From a virus (taxonomy: Duplodnaviria; Heunggongvirae; Uroviricota; Caudoviricetes), in IMG/VR virus record IMGVR_UViG_3300028805_000044: DNA of 64,000 nt; one strand, 5' to 3'. Each line of letters starts with the position of its first letter. Position 1 is the first letter of the stretch. Both the position numbers and the translations under genes were made by a program. Under the pieces are notes generated by a model, which did no database searches, had not been told where the DNA came from, and saw only the letters and a list, made by a program, of their open reading frames with translations. Shown here piece after piece: positions 14,081 to 26,301 of this stretch.

Positions 14081-16355
14081 TTGTAAATTCTTGTAATACC
14101 CTTACTTTGGGTTGTTCTTGTTTAGGAATAATTCCAAAATGTCTTACTCCTTTGTCGTCTTTGTAATAGCCTATATCTTGGAATTTTTGACTATCATCAG
14201 GTTCTACATCAGTTGCTACAACTCCTCCAAGTTCTTCATCAGCGAGTTCAGCCATACCCATAGCTGCTATAATATCAAACTTTCCTTTCTTCTCGTCTGT
14301 ATATCTATTTAACTAGTCAAGAAATTCAGGAAACCATATATTTTGACAATAGTCCTCTACGTAAGCAGCAATAAGATCTGTCTGATGAGCAATGATAGTT
14401 GGAGTAGCCGGAGTACCAATTGCATTACCTATTTTCTTTGTAGCTTCAGGATATGTGGCACGAGGTCTTCTTATAAAGTAATCTCCCCAACCTCTACCTT
14501 TAGCCCAGTTTAAGAAAGAAAGACGAGTAGCCTCTATATTACACCTACAGTTATAATAAAGCATAAGTTTCATAGCGGTCTAAAATGCCTGTCTTTCATC
14601 ATCTGGACGAAACATATAATATGCAACATATTTAGGTTCCTACATACCAAAAGCTCTTTTCTTTATAACTATACAGAATTTAGATGGATCTTTAGTTTCT
14701 TCTGAAGTTTGTTCCATACCAATGTCGATACCGTCGACTCCAGCCACATAAAGATTACGTTTTTGTCCATACTAGATAGAATTTCCTTCATCATCTTCCT
14801 GTATTCCAAGCCATAATGGATGCTCAATAATGTGAACAAGTCCTGTATTTCCAGGAATCCATCTAACTCCTGTCACATTTTTCATATTTGTTCGGTCACT
14901 ACCCTATTTAAATAAGAACTGAAAGTCTCCATGTTCAATAGTTGGACCTTCTTTAAGTACTTTAATCTTTGTAAGCTGTTCAGCTATAAGTACTTTATTA
15001 AATTTGTTAGTTCCTTCAAGAGCAAAGGCTTCCTCAGCATTGAAACAATACTCAGCAGAGTATTCTATCAGAGCCTTAGGACTTCCTGCTCTAAGCCTTC
15101 TTTCGTTTTCATAGTATTCTTTTCCTCGTTGTGCATCACAAAAACCTCTTTCATCCATAAAATCTCCTCTATAAAGAGCAATGAAAGCAGGTATAAAGTA
15201 ACATGTCTTTACCCAATCACCATCCTATGTATAGTTGTGTAGGAATGGAAGAACGTTATGTCCCTCTGGATCATAATACATATCTGAAAGTCCTTCCAAA
15301 TTTGGACCAGAGTCACCACCAGTACCACCGGCAAGTATAATTCCAATCTTATTACCACCAAGTTGAACAAGAGCTTCTCCTTTAATGAAGGACTTACGGA
15401 AATTTGGATTAGAACCAGCCTCTTCAAGTACTAGGAGTTCCACACGATCACCTCTTATCTTAGCATCACTATCAGCTACAATACCTTCAATTTGAGATTT
15501 CCATCCATCCTCAATTTTCTGTCCTTGAACTATTTTATAGTAAGATGCTCTCTTCTTATAAGCAGTATCTACAGCCTATCTAAGTTTAAAGAATCCTCCT
15601 TCTGTATTATCATTCAAGAAGTTTAGTTCTTCCCATATTTTTTCAAGTGTTTTATCAACATAGTTCTTAGAAGCTGCAGTCATTAGAGTTTTAGAGTTTC
15701 TAAAAACGCTGTATCTTGCTGTACATAAACATGCATTAATTTCTGAGAAACCGCAACCTCTGGACTTCATAAGTCCACAATTCTTACGTAGAATCATACA
15801 GAGTTCGTAATAATGAAAGAACTCATATTGATATACATAGAAATTAGGATAGATAATTCCTCTAGAAGTTCCTGCTTTATCAGCATTTGGGTTTGGAACT
15901 TGATAGTAATTAAGAAAGAAATAATGTGAACCTGTAATTGTATATCCATTCACAGTCATCCCTTCTCGACATCTAACATATTCCTAATGCCAGAAGTCTG
16001 CATATGCTTTAGAACCAGGAACGAACTAACAATATTTTCCTGTTCTAAGTTTATTATCTCTTGCTTCTGTAAACCATTCAGGTCTAAAGTCAAGACTGTG
16101 CGTTTCATCTATTGGTTTATATCCTGTAAGTTCGTAGGATAATCTTTTATCGAAAAAAGAAATAGCAGCGTCCTTGGGAACATCCCATTCAGAACGCTGC
16201 TACTTTAACTCGGCAACGTACTGTTGCACTTCTTCATGAACTTCCTCTTCTTCTTTCTTTACCACTTCCTATATAATAGCTTGCACCTCTTCTGGTACTT
16301 CAGGAAGTAATGCAGATTTCTTACGAGGTCGTCCGCGTTTCTTCTATTCAGCCAT
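14031..16355 (-). CDS. terL: Terminase large subunit (TAG=Gln), 774 aa
   Basis: Five track fragments (15576-15959, 15225-15443, 14904-15158, 14313-14573, 14031-14261) share one frame. Walker A-like KSRGCGFSE, Walker B LLVLEEAG, coupling GGTGG, nuclease YVAGVDGID. Confidence 0.9.
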
Positions 16356-16942
16356 TACATATCACTTGGTAAATATCCTTCTACAGCACCAGCTCGTAAT
16401 TGAGAAGCCTCTTCCATTTCTTTTTTGACAGCAGCTTCCAGTGTTTTGAGTTCTTCATGTACTTTAGAAAGATTAGAGATTTCAGCCATTATATCTTTAA
16501 CTTTAAATATAGGCTTTCCTGTTTGAGCATCTCTCTCTTCAGGATCAATATTATTAAAATAGTCTATAAACTTATCTACTGTAAGTTGAGCGGCATGTAG
16601 CATTCTTATAGTTCTATTACTTTCTTGTAAAGCTCTATATTTTCTACAAGCAGCTCTAAATAAAGGATCATTAAATTCTTCTTCTGTAAGTCCAGAATCT
16701 TTGAGAGCTTCTTCATGTCTCTCTTGTTCTGTATATCCAGCATATAAGGATTGCCAGTCAAGGGCAAGCCATATATATGTAAATTCTTTAAATGCCCTTA
16801 TACATTTCTCTCCAGTTTTATCAGCATCACATACATTTCTACTCTTCTGTACTAGTGCCTTAAACTCACTTATCAGTAGAATTTCAGGTTTCTCTAGTTC
16901 AACCTTGCCATTAACATTATTATACTGGAAAATATGTAACAT
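16355..16942 (-). CDS. Conserved protein immediately upstream of terL (possible small terminase)
   Basis: 195 aa ORF whose stop overlaps the terL start; helical composition. The function is a positional inference only. Confidence 0.55.
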   Translation of the reverse strand: MLHIFQYNNVNGKVELEKPEILLISEFKALVQKSRNVCDADKTGEKCIRAFKEFTYIWLALDWQSLYAGYTEQERHEEALKDSGLTEEEFNDPLFRAACRKYRALQESNRTIRMLHAAQLTVDKFIDYFNNIDPEERDAQTGKPIFKVKDIMAEISNLSKVHEELKTLEAAVKKEMEEASQLRAGAVEGYLPSDM

Positions 16943-16944
16943 AA

Positions 16945-18294
16945 TTATTTCTAATAAGCAGAATATTTAAATGGAGCTTCAAATGGAACTCTTAATGATT
17001 GAATCATAGGTTGCATAGCCACATTATAGTAATCTACATTAGGGACGCTTTTAGTGATATAAGTTGGACTAATTCCTGTAGTTTTTGTAGCTCCTCTTAG
17101 AAACGCAGTATTTTCAGAAGGTGTAAAAGAAGCAGAAGCTCTCTAAACAGGCTTTATAAACTTTGTAGGCTCTGGTCCAACTTGCCTAAACCCGGCAGTT
17201 TTTAGAGCTTTGTAAATTCTATTAGCTTTTCCTGCAGCTTTAATGACAGATCCTATCATTCCTGCACCTAATAAATCCATAACTCCACTTATCCCAGCAT
17301 CAACTAAATCACCTGGATGTCCATTATGGTCATATCTTTTAGCTGCTCTCATAGTTCCTAATATAGGTACAAAGTCTAAAGCCCAATTCTCATCTTCTGG
17401 ATTTTTATATATTGCTTCTCCATTATTAGGAATTTTGCTTACTCTAGTATTGTCAGATGGTTCTATATTTCCTCCCTACTATTGTTTAGCTACTCCCCAA
17501 GCAGTATTAAATCTTCGTTTTAAAATTTCATATTCTTTAGGATTGGATACAAAAGAATTTCCTTTCCATTCTCCATTTCTTACTGCAATTCTTTTCTATC
17601 TTTTCACTGGAAGTAATGTTGGAGGAGTTTCAGTATAAGTAGTATCCATACTTTTATGCATAGGAGTATACCTAATAGTTTGAGTAATCCATCCAGGATT
17701 TAAATCATTAGTCCTAACAGATTTTTCATTATACATACCTTCTGGACCTATCCATAAATCATATCTTTTACCACCTTTATACCTATCTTCAGCTTTAGGA
17801 GCTGTAGGAAGAACTATACCTCCAGATTGGTGATATTTCATAGCATATTTAAGATTACTACGCTATAACTAGGCTCTCTTACTATTCTAGAAATCCTAAG
17901 CTTCCTTATCATTAAGATATCTTTTTCTAAAGGCATGATTATCCTTTACTACAGTCCAAGTAACTCCTTTTATATTTGGATTATAAGTAGTTTCTATAGA
18001 TTCATAAGGCTTTCCCTTACTATCTGTAAAAATATTATCCAAGAAAAATGAATTATATGGCGTATATATGGATTTAGGAATAGGTGTAATGTTTTGTTTA
18101 TTTAAATTAAGAGCATCAGGTTTTACAGAATTGTCTATATTTGGTATAGGCATATCAAGAACTTTCTTTATATCAGGTTCGAGAGGGCCCATTCTTTTAT
18201 AATTACCAATTGGAGGCACTCTATTATTTTTTAAAGAATATTTTTGTAATGATTCAAAGAGTCCTCCAAATTGATGTTTCTTGATTAGTTTCAT
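16945..18294 (-). CDS. Modular virion/cargo-like protein (TAG=Gln), 449 aa
   Basis: Joins track ORFs 17896-18294, 17596-17841 and 17143-17352 in one frame; three modules each open with a K...GG motif. Confidence 0.7.
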
Positions 18295-18806
18295 AGTCCT
18301 AAAGATTTTCTAAGTTGCTCTAAAGTTCCTCCAATTTGGTGTTTCTTCATCTTAGCACCACCACAATCTTTATTTATTTTCTTTTTCATTTTACCTCCAC
18401 ATTTTTCTTTGTAAAGGTCAAGTGCACTTTTCTTTGTTTCTACTGCGCCTCCATCTTGATTTTTCTTTACACAGTTGCATCCAATTTGACCTCCAGCTTT
18501 AAAGAAAACAAGTTCTTCGTCTGGACCACATTGATGCTTCAAATTTCTAATATATTGAAGCTTAGCTCCATGCTTAGCGGCTTGTGTTTGCTGTGTTTGC
18601 ATTTCCTGCATAAATTGTCCAAGGGCTTGTTCGAGTGCTTGAGGATTTTGCTGTAATTGTTGAATATCAACACCTTTCTGTTGTGCCCACTGAGCGAAAG
18701 CTTGCATCAATTGCTATTGTTGTTCCTGAGGTAATTGTTGAATCTACTCTAAGATACCTCCACCCTACTGTGGAGCAGCACCACCTTGTTGAAATTTATT
18801 AATCAT
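18291..18806 (-). CDS. Q-rich protein with repeated K...GG motifs (TAG=Gln)
   Basis: MINKFQQGGAAPQ*GGGILE*IQQLPQEQQ*QLMQ; the TAGs fall inside Gln runs. Confidence 0.7.
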
Positions 18807-19017
18807 TTTCTAATTTAATTAAGTCTTTAGTATTCCAAATTTCTTCTTGAAGCATACCGTCTTTAGTAAACCATCTACAACGAATACCCTTCAAAGATTG
18901 ATCTTCTTTTTTATATATATATGTTTCTTTTTTAACTACTATCATTATAGGCTTATTAGGCAGGTTCTATTTAATTGTAACCAAATCGCCAGGCATAAAA
19001 TAAGTTTTCTCATCCAT
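18799..19017 (-). CDS. Small DUF2158/YodC-like protein (TAG=Gln)
   Basis: MDEKTYFMPGDLVTIK*NLPNKPIMIV...IRCRWFTKDG; PGD.V and C.WF pattern. Confidence 0.5.
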
Positions 19018-19621
19018 TGTTCTTTATATCATTAAAACGAGCAGTAAGGCCTTGATTTACATCTACCATAATGCTCTGTTCATTTACAAGCACTAGACCT
19101 TGCTTATAGAAAGGTACAGGAGTTTCAGAAACTTTTCTCCACATAACTATATCTCCTTCACGTACCCATTTGCAAGCAGGTCCATTATCTATTACAGTTC
19201 CTACATGTATAAATTGTTCTTCTTCTTCCCACTCACCTGTCTCACGACTTTTGTAAGTAGGTTTCATACCTCCAAGATCAGTAATGATTGCCCCTTCTCT
19301 CTTGATTGTTTGGAAAGGATTCTCATCAAATGATTTAATTAGAAGTCCAGCTCCTATTGCTTTTATTTCTAGTTTTTCTAGGTCATCACAAAGAGATTCT
19401 TGATATTGTTTCAAAAGCTCTGCATGATCGTCTAGTTTCTTTACATATTCTTCAACTTGGTCGTTGAACTTAGCTTTAGCTTGGTCTTCAACTAATTCAT
19501 CTACGCTTTGTTTATTTGCATAAAATAATTGTCCATCTGATACCGTTCTTGCAAGGCGTTCTTTCTCAGTAGGAACGCTATTAAAATCATGTCCATTAAT
19601 CGTTTCCATATACATTACCAT
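19010..19621 (-). CDS. GroES/Cpn10-like co-chaperonin domain protein
   Basis: C-terminal IKAIGAGLLIK...GTVIDNGP.CKWVREGDIV...LVNEQSIM resembles the GroES fold. Confidence 0.6.
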   Translation of the reverse strand: MVMYMETINGHDFNSVPTEKERLARTVSDGQLFYANKQSVDELVEDQAKAKFNDQVEEYVKKLDDHAELLKQYQESLCDDLEKLEIKAIGAGLLIKSFDENPFQTIKREGAIITDLGGMKPTYKSRETGEWEEEEQFIHVGTVIDNGPACKWVREGDIVMWRKVSETPVPFYKQGLVLVNEQSIMVDVNQGLTARFNDIKNNG

Positions 19622-19881
19622 TTATTAGCTGGGCAGGTGGCAGTTGCTAATGTTGTTTTTGCCTATAACCTGCATCCACATCCTCTATAATAACCATCTT
19701 CTTGTTCTGTGCTAACATCGCCTGTTCTCGGATTTAGCCATAACTTACTATTACATATTCCTCCAAGTGTATCTTTATATAAAGGACACTTTAGACATAT
19801 CTTCATTCTTTTTTCTTTAATGTCTTCATTAAGTCCTAAGACCTCATTAACATGACCATGTACAATTTGTCCTATATCCAT
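19615..19881 (-). CDS. Small Cys-rich (Zn-binding) protein (TAG=Gln)
   Basis: Read-through of TAG 19663 completes the motif GCGCRL*AKT......CPANKW. Confidence 0.65.
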
Positions 19882-20783
19882 CAGTACTCAATTCTTTTAT
19901 GTTTAGCTTTTTGAAGTTCTTTCTGTACTTCCTTCTTATAATGCTTAAACATTTTTTCTACTTCGTCCTTTAAATAGTCTAGGTGATAAACCGTTTGTTT
20001 TCCGTTATGATCCCAGTGAACCATTATAAGTTCTTGTAGACTGAGTTCAGGACGTATTTGTTGAATCATCCAGGCGTAAGTAGAGAGTTGTAACGTGTAA
20101 TGATAAAAATTACAATCATCTAAGTTATTTAAAGGATAAAGCATCTTAGCACTACTTTTAGTTTGAGTATTAAATCCAGATTTAGTTTTGATTTCTTTAT
20201 TAGTCTTCCAGTCTAATATATAAAATGTATTACCTGAAATAACTAGCAAATCAATCTGTCCTGCCAATCTTAGTAGTTTATCATCGGACGAATAAGAAAT
20301 TAAATATTCTGGGTATACTCCGTTTTCTAGGTCTAAAGTGGTACGTCCCTTATCACATACGAACTTACCTCCTACTCCAAATTTTTTTAAGGATACATTG
20401 GCTCCCATATCATACATACTTTGTTCAAGCTTTGCATGAATTTTTGTGCCTCGTTCACATGATTCTCTGTTTGTTTTATCCCATTCATCTAAAATACTTT
20501 GTTGTGCTTTATTAAAGTCAAGCTCGGATATATTATAAGTATCCAGAAGCTCTTTATCAAATTTGTGAGTAGCAAGCAACGATTTCTTTTCAATTCCCCA
20601 AGCATTTGCAGGTAACAACTGTTCTAGTGCTTTATAAGCAGACCAGAAGTCTTTATCAAATGGTTGGGCATATCTTTCTATCAGTGTAGTCACTGAGATG
20701 TACTTTGCATTGTCATGTTCATTCCAGTACACATGTGAATCTTCATTAAAACACACGTCACCGTTCCTCTTATCAATTTTCAT
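19881..20783 (-). CDS. PD-(D/E)xK (Cas4/RecB-like) exonuclease
   Basis: F.ED.H.Y, SVTT, RGT.IH, AGQIDLL, ILDWKTN and Y.LQLS.YA motifs. Confidence 0.8.
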   Translation of the reverse strand: MKIDKRNGDVCFNEDSHVYWNEHDNAKYISVTTLIERYAQPFDKDFWSAYKALEQLLPANAWGIEKKSLLATHKFDKELLDTYNISELDFNKAQQSILDEWDKTNRESCERGTKIHAKLEQSMYDMGANVSLKKFGVGGKFVCDKGRTTLDLENGVYPEYLISYSSDDKLLRLAGQIDLLVISGNTFYILDWKTNKEIKTKSGFNTQTKSSAKMLYPLNNLDDCNFYHYTLQLSTYAWMIQQIRPELSLQELIMVHWDHNGKQTVYHLDYLKDEVEKMFKHYKKEVQKELQKAKHKRIEY

Positions 20784-20785
20784 AA

Positions 20786-21058
20786 TTATTCAAAGTTTGT
20801 ATGTCTACCTATCTAATCTCTTACTTCTTCACGTATTCTCTGATTTACTCTACTTGTGGCTTCTCCTAATTTAGATTTGATATAAATACTTACACCAAAA
20901 ATACCACCGGCATAAGCTAAAGCTTGAGCTACGTACCATAATATACTAGCCTCAATTGCCTATATAGCAAAGAATGATAGAAAGGCTAAAACAATGGCAC
21001 TAAGGATCATAGCTATAGCTGAACCATACTGAATCCAATCCTTTGTATTACTTTGCAT
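20786..21058 (-). CDS. Putative holin, two transmembrane segments (TAG=Gln)
   Basis: MQSNTKDWIQYGSAIAMILSAIVLAFLSFFAI*AIEASILWYVAQALAYAGGIFGVSIYIKSK with a charged tail; 90 aa. Confidence 0.6.
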
Positions 21059-21550
21059 TCTGTTTCTATTATTTAGTAAGAAGTCCAAGATATATACTAC
21101 TAAGATATAGCATATTTATCTATTATGTTTATATATTTTACTTTCTGAATTTTGAACTATTCAAACTTAACATTATTTTTAGAATAACCAAAGTAATTTA
21201 TATTTTTATTTAAATTGTTAAGAATATGAAAATTTATGGATTAAAATTTGGAGGAAAACCTGCTGGAGCTTTTGACTTCAGACCTAATAGAACTGTTGAT
21301 AGTAATCCCCGTCTTTCTAATATGAAAAGTGATTACAAAGATAAAAAGAAAAAGTTAATAAAAAGAAAGAAGAAATGACATTCGAAGAGGTAATACCATA
21401 CATCAAAAACGGAAATTGGGGATTATTGCCTCATTATAAAGGATATTTTAAATGGGATCCTTTTAGATAGTGTGTCTATATGCAAAATAAAGATTATACA
21501 AACTATAATTTAGATGATGTTAAACATAGAACTGATTTTTACTATATAAC

Positions 21551-21769
21551 ATGATACTATATTTAAAAGACGGTAATAAAATTCATATTAAAAAGAAGAA
21601 TAGAGGTAAGTTTACTGCATATTGTGGAGGAAATGTAACTAGTGCTTGTATAGCTAAGGCTAAAGCTAGTGGTAATCCTACTCTTATTAAAAGGGCAACG
21701 TTTGCTTAGAATAGTAAAAAATGGAAACATGAGGAAGGAGGAAAGTTATGCCTAATCCCAAGAAATTAA
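21551..21769 (+). CDS. Small basic crAss-like virion-associated protein (TAG=Gln)
   Basis: IHIKKKNRGKFTAYCGG...KRATFA*NSKKWKHEEGG; ATGA overlap with the upstream ORF. Confidence 0.6.
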
Positions 21770-23034
21770 CAGATACTTAGAGAAATTGGAATATAGCTAA
21801 GTTCTATTTAAAAGAAGGTCCTAGTCTTCCTAATATTTTGAAGGCTTTGAAATATCTTCTTGATGGACCAAGTTCTAAGTAGACGGGATCTCCTCCAATT
21901 CTTCCTGGGTTCCATTTAAAGGGATTATAGCAAGGAAGCGTTCTTGAACAATAGCTTTCTAAACTTGGAACTATTAGTACAAAAGCAGTAAAATAGCTTG
22001 CAAATAATAGTTCTAAGTTTGAAGGCTAGCTTCTTAATAAAGTTGTTGATACTAAATTTCCTAATTAGAGATCTATAGACTATAATAACTTAAGAAAAGC
22101 AGCATAGAATGAACTTATTTCATATCAAACTGTTCCAACTACTTAGTATCAAGAATATGGTTTAGATAGATTAGGTCTTGGAGATTTTTATTTTAAAAAT
22201 GGAGAATTTGTAAGAGATACACCAGTGGCTTTTACGTTTGAAAGCCCAAGTATTCCTATGGGCAGTAACTTACATTATGGGCCACATACTCTTGGACATA
22301 CAAGAGGTCTTTCTCAAGGTAATACTTTTACAGTTCTTGAATCTTAGAGCGATTGGGCTTAGCATCCTTGGGGAATGGTATCCTATAATAAGATGAGTAA
22401 AGCAGCTCCTCATAGATTAAGTCAACTAAGAAAAATGATATAGCAATAGAAAGAAAGGGGTATTGCTACAGAAAGTACAGAAGCTAGAGTTCCTTATTAG
22501 ACTTAGTATAGAGATATATCTGCTGAACATATAAAACATTTGTAGGATACATATCCTTCTAGATAGCTACAAGAGAATATGTTATATGCTTCTAAAAATG
22601 GATACAAGAAAATGAGATATCCAACAAGAAGTACAGCAATAAAAGTACAGGGATACGAACCTATTTTATAGTTTAAAGGAAATCCTTAGTTAGAATAGGA
22701 AGCTAAAAATATACAAGACTAGATATTTTAGATCGAACTTTAGTTACAACAAGGAACTAATATAAGAAATTACAGGAATCTATCTAAATAGCTTGATAAT
22801 TTGAAACAATAGTACAATACCCTTAAACAGTAGAGTACAGGACAAATATACTCTCCTTAGGAAGAAACTATTCTAAAAAGGTATGACCAATTTCCTAAAA
22901 TGTTTGGGAAAGTATTTAAAGACTAGAAACCTTAGATTGTTCAAGATACGAAAGGTAATAGCTGGTTTGAATTTAATATTCCAAAGAATATGTAGTAGAT
23001 GGAACTTATGTATAAGAATGGTGGAAATTTATGA
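21748..23034 (+). CDS. Internal-virion/polyvalent-protein-like domain protein (TAG=Gln), 428 aa
   Basis: Open apart from about 31 TAG codons; motif HYG...LGHTR...VLES*SDWA* (E.QSD..Q); ends YKNGGNL-TGA. Confidence 0.65.
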
Positions 23035-23282
23035 GAAAAAATAAATTTTATAAAGAGAATAAGCGTATTCTCTAGGAACATAAGACTAAATGTTGTATAT
23101 GTGGAGAAGAAGCTAAATGTTGTTTAGAATTTCACCATTTAAGAGATAAATTATATAATATATCAGAAGCAGCTAGTCATATACCTACAGACCTATTTAT
23201 AAAGGAACTAGAAAAATGTATATGTATATGTTCTAACTGTCATAAAAAATTACACAATGGATTACTCACAATACCAAGTTAA
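23031..23282 (+). CDS. Small HNH endonuclease (one TAG)
   Basis: CCICGE....LEFHH...CICSNCHKKLH. Confidence 0.75.
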
Positions 23283-23973
23283 GTATATTGATAATGTAAT
23301 TCCAGATTCAAAACCTTTAGATATTCCAACTGGAGAATTTCAAGACGTTCCTAATTATGGAAATATATCCTATTTAAATGGAGAGGCTTAGCCAGCTACT
23401 GCTCTTATATAGGAAGAGGTTCAAGAAGTAAAAAAGAAAAATCCTGTAAAAAGAGTTATAAACACTGCTCCAACTTTTAAAGCATCTAAAGGTCTTAACC
23501 AGTTCAACTTCAACTATAATGAAGCTCTGAAAGTAGGAGGTAATGAAGCTGCTCAATTATAGAGTAGAAGAGCATTGTTTACACATCTGGCTTAGATGGA
23601 ATCTGGATTTAATTCCGCTATATAGAATAGAGGAGGAGCTCCTGCATATGGATATTTCCAATTTATGTAGGGAAATTACAGAGGAAAGAACTACAATAAT
23701 GTAGGATTATTTAGTGGAGTAGATCTTAATACTTTTAGAAACTCCCCAGTACTTTAGATAAGAGCAGCTAATAAACTTGCTAATTCTTTTATGTCTAGTT
23801 TTAGTAAGACAGAACTTAATAGATTACATAGTATGGGATGGACAGATAATGCTATTATAGCAGGTTGTTGGTTAGGAGGACCTGGAGGTGTTAGAGCTTT
23901 TGCTTTTAATAATTAGAATAGAAGTGATGGTGCTACTAGTGTAGGTGCTCGTATGAAATTATTTAATTACTGA
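23257..23973 (+). CDS. Lytic transglycosylase (SLT-like) protein (TAG=Gln)
   Basis: LA*MESGFNSAI*N..GAPAYGYFQFM: catalytic ES and G.FQF motifs. Confidence 0.75.
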
Positions 23974-24290
23974 TGGTTATTTATAATAAAATTATCCCAT
24001 TTAAAGGGTATAAAGCAATAAATTTGTTTGAACTTATATTTGTTCGAGAAGGTTGTAACTTTACTGCTATTGACCTTAATCATGAAAAAATACATAGTGC
24101 ACAGATGAGAGAACTTTTTTACTTAGGTTTCTATTTATGGTATTTAATTGAATGGTTAATATTACTATGTAAGTATGGAAGCTCTCATAAAGCCTATAGA
24201 AATATAAGATTTGAAAAAGAAGCATATGGGCATGAAGATAATGAACATTATTTAGAAAATAGATCTCATTTTGCATTTTTAAAATTTTAA
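23973..24290 (+). CDS. HExxH-containing membrane-associated protein
   Basis: LNHEKIHSAQ...FE.EAY with a hydrophobic segment. Confidence 0.65.
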   Translation: MVIYNKIIPFKGYKAINLFELIFVREGCNFTAIDLNHEKIHSAQMRELFYLGFYLWYLIEWLILLCKYGSSHKAYRNIRFEKEAYGHEDNEHYLENRSHFAFLKF

Positions 24291-24303
24291 CTATATAAGT
24301 GCT

Positions 24304-24336
24304 AGGCTCTCCAAGTAAAGGAGGGCCTTTATTTTT
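24304..24336 (+). terminator. Intrinsic terminator
   Basis: AGGCTCTCC/GGAGGGCCT stem followed by a T-rich tract. Confidence 0.55.
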
Positions 24337-24480
24337 ATCTGTAGTTTTCAAAATAAAAATGTAAAAAATTTTTTTGTAAACATTTTTTACTTTCAATTTT
24401 AGGTTTTAATATTGTTTTACAATAACTATTGTAACGCGTTACTAGATAAGTTTTTATCTTTTTTATTATTTTTACACACT

Positions 24481-25356
24481 ATGGACGAAAAGATCGTAAC
24501 TGTACCTACAAATTAGGGATTAGATGCTGCTTCTTTAATGGCTATGCAGCAAAATCAAATGTTTAACAACCCTTGGGCTTATCTTATTCTTCTTTCCATA
24601 TTCCAGAACGGAGGTTTTGGAAATAGATTTGGAGGAGGAAATCCAGCAGGGGCTGTTGTAGCAACAGACATAGATGCTAAGCTAAACTCTTTAGCTACAC
24701 AAATTCAAGATAATCAAAGTACTAACAGTATTCTAAGCGCTGTTCAAGGTAATGCATTTGCACAATCTCAACTTGCTCAAAACTTGAATGTAGATTTTAA
24801 TGCAGTACAACAAGGTGTAAACAGCTTGAATATGGCTATCGCACAAGTTGGAACCCAAACTGGTCTTGGAATAATGGGAGTGCAATAGGCAATTTCTAAT
24901 GGTAATCTGAATATTATTCAGAACCTGAAGGATTGTTGCTGTGGTATTAAAACAGAAGTATTACAGCAAGGCTTTAATAGTCAGTTACAGACTGTAGAAC
25001 AGACAAATACTCTGAATAGTAACATTACAAATCAAGGGTTTGAAAATAGACTTTCTACTTTAAACCAGACAAATGCATTGGGAAGTGCTATAACTAATCA
25101 GGGTTATGAGAATCAAATAAGAACAATTAATTAGACTCAGGATATTCTTCTTGGAGTAAGAGCTGAAAATACTTTAACAAGAGCTTCTATTGATGCCTTT
25201 AGAAATGCTTGGGAACAAGGAAGATATGCTGACTTACTAGAGGAAAAGAATAATCTACAAAATAGATTAAATCTTCTAGAGTTACAGAATAATGAAACTG
25301 CCGCTATAAATGCAGCAATTGCTCCTTTAATTAATAAATCATCTGCTGGCGCATGA
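24481..25356 (+). CDS. Q/N-rich coiled-coil protein (TAG=Gln)
   Basis: Contains track ORF 24538-24888; NNPWAYLI and KDCCC motifs; TGA overlaps the next ATG. Confidence 0.65.
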
Positions 25357-25826
25357 TCTTTAAGGAACTTAAAAAAGGCCTTCCTGTTTATATTCTAAAT
25401 AAAAGTACTCTAGAATATAATCAAGGTAAGGTTATTTAGGACGCTACTCCGCAAAGAATGAATCCTACCTTTGGACAAGGACTTCTTACCGATGTTAGTA
25501 TTGAAGCAGGAGGAGTTACAAAGATATGGACTTTACCAGCAGATTAGAAAGTAGCAGAAATGTAGAGTGATAGTGACACTATAATAGCCATAGATAAAAG
25601 TACTATTCTAGCAATGATTAAGTCTATACATGAGGAGTGTGAGTCCTATTTAAATGGAGTTCCTCATTACGAAGAAAAACTGGAAAAAGCAAAACAACTT
25701 ATTAGTGAGCTTGACTAGAATTATAAACAGCAATAGCAGACAGAAGAACGCTTTACCAAAATAGAGCAATCTATAGATGGAATACAAAGTGCTCTATCTG
25801 AAATATTAAAGGCAGTAAAGAAATGA
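25353..25826 (+). CDS. Hypothetical protein (TAG=Gln)
   Basis: MIFKELKKGLPVYILNK...; ATGA overlaps at both ends. Confidence 0.6.
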
Positions 25827-26272
25827 TAAAACATGTGCTAGAAAAGTATGGTAGTTCGGATGCTACTCTAGATTTATTAGTATCAGTCCTTGAGCAACAT
25901 TTATCCGAAAAAGAATGTGAAGAACTATCTAAAGAGATATATGAAAGCACACAAGGATAGCATTTTGATGAATGTTTTGCTAGGAAACAAATATCTAAAA
26001 TGTATTATACTGATACTGATGGTAGACATTATGCTCCTTATTGGGAAGATATTACTCCTATTTATAATGTAAATAAAAGAAGTCTTAATAAAGATTATAA
26101 TAAGTGGGACTTTGAAGTTACTATGAATATGATAAAGAGCGATTATTTTCCTTTATTAAGGGAATGGTTTCCAGATGAAAAAGATCTTAGAGATAAAATA
26201 ATAGAACTTACAATCAATTGGTTAAATGACGAAGACTATCCAGATCATAAGATTTGGAATTACTTCAAATAA
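25823..26272 (+). CDS. Hypothetical protein (one TAG)
   Basis: Extends track ORF 26000-26272 upstream through G*HFDE. Confidence 0.6.
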
Positions 26273-26277
26273 CAAGA

Positions 26278-26301
26278 AAGGCGGCTCATAAGAGTCGCCT
26301 T
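26278..26301. terminator. Hairpin between convergent transcription units
   Basis: AAGGCGGCTC-ATAA-GAGTCGCCTT. Confidence 0.55.

Noticed and set aside
11592-16355. Terminase and portal as fragmented pseudogenes
   Set aside because: The breaks examined are in-frame TAGs with no frameshifts, and a CUA tRNA is present, so this is recoding rather than decay.
160-17638. Plus-strand track ORFs (375-566, 3396-3818, 5227-5454, 11020-11412, 14931-15242, 17243-17638) and off-frame minus ORFs (160-354, 1297-1506, 1582-1854)
   Set aside because: They are antisense or alternate-frame shadows of the long recoded minus-strand genes.
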